Source: Lachnospiraceae bacterium (GTDB lineage Bacteria; Bacillota; Clostridia; Lachnospirales; Lachnospiraceae). From it: a stretch of 64,000 nt of DNA. The notes beneath the pieces are model-generated. The model ran no database searches. It had not been told where the DNA came from and saw only the letters and a program-made list of their open reading frames with translations. The DNA lies in the NCBI GenBank assembly GCA_024403255.1, contig JAKSSE010000002.1:4279-68278 (forward strand), given 5' to 3'. This document shows, one piece after another, positions 16,719-24,687 of this stretch (its first letter is position 1; each line of letters begins with the position of its first letter). The position numbers and the translations under genes are program-made.

Positions 16719-17354
16719 ATGAAAAGTATTTCAACTTTTGAATTGCAGTACGCTCATCGCTTTTATGGTTTTAAAGGTGAGGCACAGTACCTTCATGGGC
16801 ATACTGGTATTATGACAATAGAAGTAGAAGATACCATAAACGAGGGTGTTAATATGGTTTTTCCCTGTAACGAAATCAAGAAAACGGCGTGGTCGGTGCT
16901 TCAGAATTTTGACCATGCTCTTATACTTAGACGAGATGATCCGCTTTTGCCAGCGATACTCGAAGTGTATGAAAAGGAAGGAATCATAGACGGTACACCT
17001 AATAATACTATGATGGGACGGTCTTTTAAAACGAAGCTTGCTGAAGCGTTTCCTAAGTGCCGGCTTGTTGTTACAGAGGAAACGATGACGGTTGAGGGTA
17101 TGATAAGAATTACTCATGACCTGTTGAAAGATAAGCTTAATATCTCGAAAATCACATTTGTAAGCGGAGCGAATACGGCTTGCCAGGAATACCTTATTAA
17201 AGATACTGTGGAGAGATGTCCGCTTTGTGGGATAGCTCTCGATGAAAGAGGTGTTTGCCACAAATGTGGTTATGTGGAAAAAGAGAAAAGTGTTTTAAAG
17301 AATCTCAAGAATCGAGCCGATGCTGTTATTGATAGCTTGGTAGATGATATGTAA
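16719..17354 (+). CDS. 6-pyruvoyl-tetrahydropterin synthase / QueD-like (COG0720) protein with a C-terminal zinc-ribbon extension
   Basis: YAHRF ... YLHGHTG (zinc His triad) and NFDHALIL (Asp-His) are present. The Cys of the QueD CxxxHGH motif is absent. The C-terminus has CPLCG-x10-CHKCG. Confidence 0.65.
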   Translation: MKSISTFELQYAHRFYGFKGEAQYLHGHTGIMTIEVEDTINEGVNMVFPCNEIKKTAWSVLQNFDHALILRRDDPLLPAILEVYEKEGIIDGTPNNTMMGRSFKTKLAEAFPKCRLVVTEETMTVEGMIRITHDLLKDKLNISKITFVSGANTACQEYLIKDTVERCPLCGIALDERGVCHKCGYVEKEKSVLKNLKNRADAVIDSLVDDM

Positions 17355-17390
17355 TATGATATAGTATTGCAAGTGAACATTGCATAAGTA

Positions 17391-17432
17391 TCCCAATTGT
17401 TGGTTGATTTTAATCAATGGTTGGGATTTTTT
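17391..17432 (+). terminator. intrinsic terminator
   Basis: Long hairpin CCCAATTGTTGGTT-gatttt-AATCAATGGTTGGG followed by ATTTTTT. Confidence 0.7.
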
Positions 17433-17455
17433 CTGCGAATGAGGGATAGGAAAAG

Positions 17456-18328
17456 ATGAAAAAAGCAGCACCTGTATTAGTTTTGTTAGCAGGAATATTC
17501 TGGGGAATGATAGGCTTGTTTGTTCGCAAGCTAAATTATTATGGATTTGAATCCATGGATATCGTTGCGCTTAGAGCGATAGCGACTTCTGTTTTGCTAG
17601 GATTGTTTCTATTTATTTATGACAGAGAAAAATTGAAGATTCGACTAAAAGATGTGTGGTGCTTTATTGGGACAGGTGTGTGTAGCATAGTGTTCTTTAA
17701 TTACTGTTATTTTAAGGCGATAACGCTTACATCCTTATCTGTAGCGGCGATACTTTTATACACCGCTCCGGCTATAGTCATGTTGTTATCGGCTGTGCTT
17801 TTTAAGGAGAAAATAACAAAGGTAAGGGTAAGTTCGCTGGTCCTGACTTTTCTTGGCTGCGTGTTGGTCACGGGATTTTTTTCGCAGGGGGCAGTGCTTA
17901 ATATACAGGGAATACTCTTGGGATTGGGATCAGGGCTAGGATATGCTCTTTATTCTATTTTTAGCAGATATGCGTTGGAGAGAGGATATCATTCTTTGAC
18001 AATATCTTTTTATACATTCGTTTTTGCGATGATTGGCGTAATTCCATTTGCGAGATATAATGCTATTGCTGATATATGCGGTATGGACTTGGGCATAGTT
18101 TTATTCTGCCTGTTATTTGGGTTGGTCAGCACTGTATTACCGTATATATTTTATACAACTGGACTTGAGGGCATGGAGAATGGTAAAGCATCCATTATAG
18201 CATCCATTGAGCCAGTTACTGCATCGCTGGTGGGGGTTATAGTTTACCATGAAAGAATGTCAATGTTTGAAGTGATTGGAGCGATTTTGGTACTTGTGGC
18301 CATTGCGATAAATAACATTGACAGGTAA
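17456..18328 (+). CDS. EamA/DMT family transporter
   Basis: About 10 TM helices in two EamA-like halves. 290 aa. Confidence 0.85.
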   Translation: MKKAAPVLVLLAGIFWGMIGLFVRKLNYYGFESMDIVALRAIATSVLLGLFLFIYDREKLKIRLKDVWCFIGTGVCSIVFFNYCYFKAITLTSLSVAAILLYTAPAIVMLLSAVLFKEKITKVRVSSLVLTFLGCVLVTGFFSQGAVLNIQGILLGLGSGLGYALYSIFSRYALERGYHSLTISFYTFVFAMIGVIPFARYNAIADICGMDLGIVLFCLLFGLVSTVLPYIFYTTGLEGMENGKASIIASIEPVTASLVGVIVYHERMSMFEVIGAILVLVAIAINNIDR

Positions 18329-18356
18329 AATTTGTATAGAATTATTATCAGGGGAG

Positions 18357-19628
18357 ATGAAAGCTTTGAACGATAATTGGTATAAACTTGATAATGTGTC
18401 GAAAGTGTTCCTGGCTACTCACAATAACAGGGATACTAGATCTATAAGGGTGAGCTGCACTTTAAAGGAACTTGTTGATAAGCCAACTTTAGAGAAAGCT
18501 TTGCTGCAGACCATTAAAATGCGACCACAGTTCCAGGTGAGAATAAGAAGAGGCTTTTTCTGGCATTATATTGAGAGTACAGACGTGCTTCCTGAAGTGT
18601 ATGAGGAAGACGACAGGCCATGCCCTGTGATGTACGGAAATGAGTACAAAGGGGTGCTGCACTATAAGGTTAGCTATTATAAGAATCGAATTAACATCGA
18701 TATGTTTCATGCTATAAGCGATGGAACGGGTGCCTTGTCGTTTCTAAAACTTTTAGTTTTGAATTATCTTCAGCTTGTACATCCAGGACAGCTTGATAAT
18801 GTTTCTCTTTCTGAAGACGCATCATCAGATGACATGTTTCAAAATAGTTATGATCAGTTTTATGATAAAAGTGGAGGTCCTTTACCTAAAAAGATTCTCA
18901 ACAAAAAGAAGAAGGCTTATATAATAAAAGGACAAAAGCTGCCATATAACCAGCTTCAGTTTTTTGAAGCCCATATGCAGGTTAAAAAGCTTGTTGAAGC
19001 TAGTAAATCTATGCAAGTCAGCGTAACCAGTTATTTAGGAGCGCAGCTTATGATGGCAATACATGCTGGTATGCCATTTTCTCAGAAGCGTAAACCGATA
19101 ACGATTTCTATGCCAGTGAATTTGAGGAATTATTATCCGTCTGAAACTTTGAGAAATTTCTTTAACAGCGTGGACGTTACACATTTGTTTGACGGAAATG
19201 AGACGGTTGAAAGTTTGGCAAAAGAATTTGATGAGAAACTCAAAGAAGCCATTTCTGTTGATAATATAAAAGATCAGATGAACAGGTACCAGAGTATGGA
19301 ACGTCTTGGCTTTACAAGAGTGGTGCCACTTGCAATAAAACAGCCAATAATCAAAGCGTTTTCTAAAAAGGATGCAAAGACTGTTACTGCTGTATTATCG
19401 AATCTTGGAAAAATTACAGTTCCAGAAGAAATGGACAAGCACATAGAAGGTTTTACGGATTTTTGTAGTACTGAAAAGATATTTATAACAGTGACCAGTT
19501 ATAATGATGATGTTGTTCTTGGAATTGCATCTGCATATGCAGGGACCAGCGTGGTAAGACGACTTATTAAAGCACTTAAGGGAACTGGAACCTCGGTTAA
19601 GTTATATGCGACAGAAGTGATTAGGTAG
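18357..19628 (+). CDS. HxxxD-motif acyltransferase (condensation-domain / alcohol acetyltransferase-like superfamily)
   Basis: FHAISDGTG matches the (H)HxxxDG catalytic motif. About 420 aa. Start set at MKALND, behind AGGGGAG. Confidence 0.55.
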   Translation: MKALNDNWYKLDNVSKVFLATHNNRDTRSIRVSCTLKELVDKPTLEKALLQTIKMRPQFQVRIRRGFFWHYIESTDVLPEVYEEDDRPCPVMYGNEYKGVLHYKVSYYKNRINIDMFHAISDGTGALSFLKLLVLNYLQLVHPGQLDNVSLSEDASSDDMFQNSYDQFYDKSGGPLPKKILNKKKKAYIIKGQKLPYNQLQFFEAHMQVKKLVEASKSMQVSVTSYLGAQLMMAIHAGMPFSQKRKPITISMPVNLRNYYPSETLRNFFNSVDVTHLFDGNETVESLAKEFDEKLKEAISVDNIKDQMNRYQSMERLGFTRVVPLAIKQPIIKAFSKKDAKTVTAVLSNLGKITVPEEMDKHIEGFTDFCSTEKIFITVTSYNDDVVLGIASAYAGTSVVRRLIKALKGTGTSVKLYATEVIR

Positions 19629-19632
19629 AGAT

Positions 19633-20289
19633 ATGAAGAAGTGTTTGAATTGTGATATAGAAGTAGGTGGCGAGGTTGAAGTTTGCCCTCTGTGTCAACA
19701 TGGACTTACAGGCGAGGCGACAGACAATAATTGGCCATTTTTATTTAAATTAAAAAAGCAGGCGATATTCTATAAGATACAGCTTTTTGTTGCTCTTGCG
19801 GTTATTGTTGTAGCATTAGGGCTGGATTTTCTTATAGAATTAAATAATGGAAAACACTGGAGCCTTCTTGCTGCTTTGACGGTCATTTTGGTGGAAACTG
19901 TCCTGAAGAGTTTTCTAAAAAAGAAGAGTGCACCATCAAAATATGTATCAATAGGTGGCTTTTGGATTGCAGTAATATTTGTGCTAACAGCTCAGTATTA
20001 TAACTTTTTGCCATTGGCAATAAACCTCGTAATACCAATAGCATTAAGTGCCATTATTCTTGCTGATTTTGTGTTAACTTTGGTCGACAAAACAGGTAAT
20101 GCGCTTGTATATTTTCTCGTGAATGTACTGTTTGGCCTTGTATTTTATGGTGTTTTATTTTTCAAAAAATACTATATTAGTCTTACCTGGAATATCTGCC
20201 TTATGATAAGCGTTGTTTTCCTAATAGGAATGTTCGTGTTCCTAGGGAAAACTGTTATGGGTGAAGTTGAAAGACGTATGAATATATAA
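19633..20289 (+). CDS. zinc-ribbon polytopic membrane protein (DUF6320-like)
   Basis: N-terminal CLNC-x13-CPLC zinc ribbon followed by about 5 TM helices. Lies 4 nt after the acyltransferase gene. Confidence 0.55.
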   Translation: MKKCLNCDIEVGGEVEVCPLCQHGLTGEATDNNWPFLFKLKKQAIFYKIQLFVALAVIVVALGLDFLIELNNGKHWSLLAALTVILVETVLKSFLKKKSAPSKYVSIGGFWIAVIFVLTAQYYNFLPLAINLVIPIALSAIILADFVLTLVDKTGNALVYFLVNVLFGLVFYGVLFFKKYYISLTWNICLMISVVFLIGMFVFLGKTVMGEVERRMNI

Positions 20290-20318
20290 AATTCATATAA
20301 ATCTTTAGGATTTTTTGC

Positions 20319-20347
20319 TTGCAAGAAGCGATTTATTAAACTATAAT
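20319..20347 (+). promoter_or_regulatory. sigma-A type promoter of the thi operon
   Basis: TTGCAA, 17 nt, TATAAT. Confidence 0.55.
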
Positions 20348-20351
20348 TTAT

Positions 20352-20446
20352 GAGAATTTAAGGGGAGCTGACCAGAGTCGGCTGAGAGTAAGCTATTTCG
20401 CTTAGACCCGTAACCTGATTTGGATAATGCCAACGTAGGGAAATAT
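20352..20446 (+). promoter_or_regulatory. TPP (THI-box) riboswitch aptamer
   Basis: Conserved GGGGAGC ... CTGAGA ... ACCCGTAACCTGATTTGGATAATGCCAACGTAGGGAA core, directly upstream of the thiamine genes. Confidence 0.9.
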
Positions 20447-20457
20447 GGTCTTTATAC

Positions 20458-20487
20458 CACGTGTCCTATTTTGGCACGTGTTTTTTT
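20458..20487 (+). terminator. riboswitch expression-platform terminator
   Basis: CACGTGTC-ctatttt-GGCACGTG stem followed by TTTTTTT, ending immediately before the thiE ATG. Confidence 0.65.
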
Positions 20488-21111
20488 ATGTACGAAGTAT
20501 ATGCAATTACAGATAGAAAATATTTAAAGAATGGGATGTCTCTTTCACAAGCGGTTGCTTTAGCAATAGATGGAGGAGCATCAGTTGTGCAGTTACGAGA
20601 AAAAGAGTATGAAGGTGATGCTCTGAAAAAGCTTGCACTTGAAATACAAGAAGTCTGCAAGGAAAAAGGAGCAACATTCATAATCAATGATAATGTTCAG
20701 CTTGCAAAAGAAATAGATGCCGATGGGGTACATTTGGGACAATCAGATATGAACCCTGCCGAAGCTCGAAAAGTTCTTGGAAAAGATAAGATTATTGGAG
20801 TGACAGCTAAAACTGTAGGGCAGGCGAAAGAAGCTGAAGCTGCTGGAGCTGATTACCTTGGTAGTGGGGCGATTTTTGCGACTGGGACGAAGCTGGATGC
20901 GAAGCCTTTGGCACTTGAGGATTTTGTTTCGGTTTGTAGCAGTGTAGCAATACCGGTTGTAGCAATTGGCGGTATTACTGCTGAAAATGTGGATTATTTA
21001 AAAAATACACCAATGGCAGGAGTTGCTGTTGTTGGAGGAATATTTGATACAGATGATATAAAATCTGAAACTCAAAAGATATTTAATCTTGTAACTAGTT
21101 ACAGGAAATAA
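20488..21111 (+). CDS. thiE: thiamine-phosphate synthase
   Basis: YAITDRKY, VQLREKE, FIINDNVQLA, DGVHLGQSD and AIGGI motifs. Start uncertain (ATG 20488 or GTG 20461), with no clear SD. Confidence 0.85.
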   Translation: MYEVYAITDRKYLKNGMSLSQAVALAIDGGASVVQLREKEYEGDALKKLALEIQEVCKEKGATFIINDNVQLAKEIDADGVHLGQSDMNPAEARKVLGKDKIIGVTAKTVGQAKEAEAAGADYLGSGAIFATGTKLDAKPLALEDFVSVCSSVAIPVVAIGGITAENVDYLKNTPMAGVAVVGGIFDTDDIKSETQKIFNLVTSYRK

Positions 21112-21180
21112 ATAAAACTGCGGCAAGCTGGGGGCACCACTTTTTGTCGCATTATAAAATTAATGTTTAAGGAGGTTCTT

Positions 21181-21960
21181 ATGAACACAGCATTAACAAT
21201 CGCTGGATCAGATTCCAGCGGAGGCGCCGGCATACAGGCAGATATCAAGACGATGACAGTAAATGGCGTTTATGCCATGTCTGCCATTACGGCTTTGACT
21301 GCCCAAAATACTACCGGCGTAACAGACATAATGGAGGTAACTCCAAAATTCTTGGCAGAGCAGCTGGATAGTATTTTTACGGATATATATCCGGATGCAA
21401 TTAAAACCGGCATGGTTGCTTCGTCAGAACTTATTGAGGTTATTGCAGCAAAGTTGGTGGAGTACAACGCAAAGAATATCGTTGTTGACCCTGTTATGGT
21501 TGCGACCTCTGGTGCAAAGCTTATTAGTGACGATGCCATCGGCACCTTGACAAGTGAATTATTACCTCTTGCAACAGTTATTACTCCTAATATTCCAGAA
21601 GCAGAAATGCTATCTGGTGCAAAGGTCGAAAATCAGGAAGATATGATTACTGTGGCCAAAGCTATATATGAGAAATATGGTTGTGCTGTGCTTCTTAAAG
21701 GTGGTCATCAGGTAAATGATGCCAATGATTTGTTATATAGAGATGGTGATTATAAGTGGTTCAATGGGAAGCGAATAAATAATAGCAACACCCACGGGAC
21801 CGGCTGTACGCTTTCTAGTGCTATCGCATCTAATCTTGCTAAAGGTGAGAACCTTGATGATGCTGTACAATATGCAAAGAATTATATTTCAGGGGCTTTA
21901 TCAGCAATGCTTGATTTGGGAAAGGGTTCTGGCCCTATGAATCATGCTTTTAATGTGTAG
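21181..21960 (+). CDS. thiD: hydroxymethylpyrimidine / phosphomethylpyrimidine kinase
   Basis: LTIAGSDSSGGAGIQADIKT, VVDPVMVATSGA and THGTGCTLSSAIA. Confidence 0.9.
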   Translation: MNTALTIAGSDSSGGAGIQADIKTMTVNGVYAMSAITALTAQNTTGVTDIMEVTPKFLAEQLDSIFTDIYPDAIKTGMVASSELIEVIAAKLVEYNAKNIVVDPVMVATSGAKLISDDAIGTLTSELLPLATVITPNIPEAEMLSGAKVENQEDMITVAKAIYEKYGCAVLLKGGHQVNDANDLLYRDGDYKWFNGKRINNSNTHGTGCTLSSAIASNLAKGENLDDAVQYAKNYISGALSAMLDLGKGSGPMNHAFNV

Positions 21961-21996
21961 CTTTAACATAGACAATTATAGAAAAGAGGATTTAAG

Positions 21997-23307
21997 ATGA
22001 GCAATTACACCACTCAGATGGATGCGGCAAGAAAAGGCATCGTAACAAAAGAAATCGAAACTGTTGCAAAAAAAGAGCATATGGCAGTTGAGGAGTTGAT
22101 GGAGCTTGTGGCTAAAGGACAGGTGGCTATTCCGGCTAACAAAAACCACAAATGCATTGATCCAGAAGGTGTTGGAAGCATGCTTCGCACAAAAATCAAT
22201 GTTAATCTTGGCGTTTCAAGAGATTGTAAGGATTACGATATTGAGATGCAGAAAGTAATGAGCGCTGTAGAACTTGGCGCTGAAGCTATCATGGATCTCT
22301 CGAGTCACGGAAACACACAGCCATTTAGACAGAAACTTACAAGTGAGTGCCCAGCTATGATTGGTACTGTACCAGTTTATGACAGTGTTATTCACTATCA
22401 GAGAGATTTGGCTACTCTTACAGCTCAGGACTTTATTGATGTTGTTAGATTGCATGCTCAGGATGGTGTGGATTTTGTAACGGTTCATTGTGGGCTTACA
22501 CGAAAGACTATAGAGCAGATAAAGAAGCATAAGAGAAAGATGAACATCGTTAGTCGTGGTGGTAGTCTTGTATTTGCATGGATGAGTATGACAGGAAATG
22601 AGAATCCGTTTTACGAGTATTATGACCAGATTCTCGATATCTGCGAGGAATATGATGTAACAATCTCTCTTGGCGATGCTTGTAGACCAGGATGTCTTGC
22701 GGACGCAGGTGATGTTTGCCAGATAGAAGAGCTTGTGAGACTTGGTGAGCTTACAAAGCGAGCTTGGGAACACAACGTACAGGTAATGGTTGAAGGCCCA
22801 GGACATGTACCGCTTGATCAGGTTGCAGCAAATATGCAGATTCAAAAGACAATTTGTATGGGGGCTCCATTCTATGTACTCGGACCTCTTGTGACAGATA
22901 TCGCTCCAGGTTATGACCATATTACATCAGCTATCGGTGGTGCAGTTGCAGCTATGAGTGGAGCAGCTTTCTTATGTTATGTAACACCTGCAGAACATCT
23001 TGCACTTCCAAATGTTGATGATGTAAAGCAGGGAATTATTGCATCTAAAATAGCAGCTCACGCAGCGGATATAGCTAAGGGTGTCAAAGGCGCTCGCGAT
23101 ATTGATGACAAAATGGCTGACGCTAGAAGAGTTCTTGATTGGGATGCTCAGTTTGCATGCGCACTTGATCCTAAGACCGCAAAAGAGATTCGTGACAGCA
23201 GAGCTCCAGAAGAAGATCATAGTGATACATGTAGCATGTGTGGAAAGTTCTGTGCTGTTAGAAGCATGAATAAGGCTCTTGCAGGCGAGTATATAGATAT
23301 TCTCTAA
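21997..23307 (+). CDS. thiC: phosphomethylpyrimidine synthase
   Basis: 436 aa with the C-terminal CSMCGKFC cluster motif and conserved blocks VEGPGHVP and [10 protein letters not shown]. Confidence 0.95.
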   Translation: MSNYTTQMDAARKGIVTKEIETVAKKEHMAVEELMELVAKGQVAIPANKNHKCIDPEGVGSMLRTKINVNLGVSRDCKDYDIEMQKVMSAVELGAEAIMDLSSHGNTQPFRQKLTSECPAMIGTVPVYDSVIHYQRDLATLTAQDFIDVVRLHAQDGVDFVTVHCGLTRKTIEQIKKHKRKMNIVSRGGSLVFAWMSMTGNENPFYEYYDQILDICEEYDVTISLGDACRPGCLADAGDVCQIEELVRLGELTKRAWEHNVQVMVEGPGHVPLDQVAANMQIQKTICMGAPFYVLGPLVTDIAPGYDHITSAIGGAVAAMSGAAFLCYVTPAEHLALPNVDDVKQGIIASKIAAHAADIAKGVKGARDIDDKMADARRVLDWDAQFACALDPKTAKEIRDSRAPEEDHSDTCSMCGKFCAVRSMNKALAGEYIDIL

Positions 23308-23389
23308 TTCATAAAGAAGAGGTAATGATTCATACGTAATTTTAGTTGTGTTTTGATAATGCAGAACACAAAGAAAGAGGAGAATGAGT

Positions 23390-23902
23390 ATGAAATCATC
23401 AAACATTAAAAAATTAACCCTTTGTGCACTTTTTGCAGCGATTGCAGTAGTTGGAAGCTTGTTTTCATTTCCAGTATTTGGTTCTAAGTGTGCTCCAGTT
23501 CAGCATCTTGTAAATATTCTGGCTGGTATTTTATTGGGACCAGGTTATGCAGTTGCAGCTGCATTTATTGCAAGCCTTATCAGAAATTTGCTGGGGCTTG
23601 GAACCTTACTTGCTTTTCCAGGAAGTATGTGCGGAGCTCTTTTGGCAGGTCTTCTTTATAAATTTATCAAGAAACTTCCTGCGGCATATGGCGGAGAACT
23701 TTTTGGTACAGGCGTTATTGGAGGAATGCTTGCTTATCCTATAGCGGCTTTTATCCTTGGAAATGAGTCTGCTGCATTGTTTACATTTGTTGTACCTTTC
23801 CTTGTCAGCTCTCTTGGTGGTACAATCATAGCTGTAGTTATTACTTTGGCTTTGGCAAAAACTGGCATCCTTGACAAGATGCATGATGAATTAAACAACT
23901 AA
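23390..23902 (+). CDS. thiW: ECF transporter S component ThiW (thiazole precursor)
   Basis: Small protein with about 6 TM helices between thiC and thiM. Start set at the ATG 7 nt after AAAGAGGAG. Confidence 0.75.
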   Translation: MKSSNIKKLTLCALFAAIAVVGSLFSFPVFGSKCAPVQHLVNILAGILLGPGYAVAAAFIASLIRNLLGLGTLLAFPGSMCGALLAGLLYKFIKKLPAAYGGELFGTGVIGGMLAYPIAAFILGNESAALFTFVVPFLVSSLGGTIIAVVITLALAKTGILDKMHDELNN

Positions 23903-24687
23903 TGGAAAGCGTAAAATCACAGCTTAAATTAATAAGAGAAAAAAGACCCGTTATACAGTCGATAACAAATCCGGTCACAGTAAATGACTGTGCAAATGTG
24001 CTTTTGGCTGTAGGAGCTTCGCCGATTATGGCTCATCATATAAAAGAAGTTGATGAAGTGCAAAGGCGAGCTTCGGGACTGGTTGTTAATCTCGGTGCAA
24101 CGGATGATTATGAGAGTATTTTACTTGCGGTTAAAGCGGCAAATGAGACAAATCATCCAGTTGTGCTTGATCCGGTAGGGGTTGCGACTTCTACATATAG
24201 AAGAGAGTTCGCATTAAGATTACTATCTAACTGTCATATAGACTGTATTCGTGGTAATTATCTTGAGACTCTGGCGCTGGCGCAAGGTTTTGTAACTGGC
24301 AATGGGCTTGATTCTTTTGAAGAGTTTACCAAGGACAAAATAGAAAATTATGTCGGAATTATGCAGGAATTTTCAAAAACCCGAAATACTCTCATAGTAG
24401 GCTCAGGCGAGAAGGATTACCTGATAGATGCGACGGAAATCTGCGCTGTAGAATCCGGTGACCCTATTATGAAGCATGTGACGGGTATGGGGTGCATGTA
24501 TACAGAAGTTGTATGTGCGTTCCTTAGCGAAGAGAATAGTTTGAGAAGTGCAAATAATGCTGCAAAATTGTATGGATTATGTGGCGAAATGGCTGCTGAG
24601 AAAACAAAAACTCTTGGGACAATAGCTTTCCGAAATCAGTTTATAAATGAAATATCATTATTAGGGTGTCTGGCATATGACGCTTAA
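23902..24687 (+). CDS. thiM: hydroxyethylthiazole kinase
   Basis: NPVTVNDCANVLLAVGASPIMA, VLDPVGV and VTGMGC motifs. Its start overlaps the thiW stop. Confidence 0.9.
   Translation: MESVKSQLKLIREKRPVIQSITNPVTVNDCANVLLAVGASPIMAHHIKEVDEVQRRASGLVVNLGATDDYESILLAVKAANETNHPVVLDPVGVATSTYRREFALRLLSNCHIDCIRGNYLETLALAQGFVTGNGLDSFEEFTKDKIENYVGIMQEFSKTRNTLIVGSGEKDYLIDATEICAVESGDPIMKHVTGMGCMYTEVVCAFLSEENSLRSANNAAKLYGLCGEMAAEKTKTLGTIAFRNQFINEISLLGCLAYDA

Noticed and set aside
16731-17261. 176-aa minus-strand ORF antisense to the PTPS-like gene; similar antisense ORFs occur at 36474-36974, 56352-56783, 57636-57974, 12263-12580 and 63558-63980
   Set aside because: All lie fully inside better-supported genes on the opposite strand. 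None has translation signals or recognisable motifs.
22216-22920. 234-aa ORF on the minus strand inside thiC
   Set aside because: It is entirely antisense to a confidently identified, highly conserved gene. The product is low-complexity and Cys/Ile/Leu-rich, with no SD. It is a shadow ORF.
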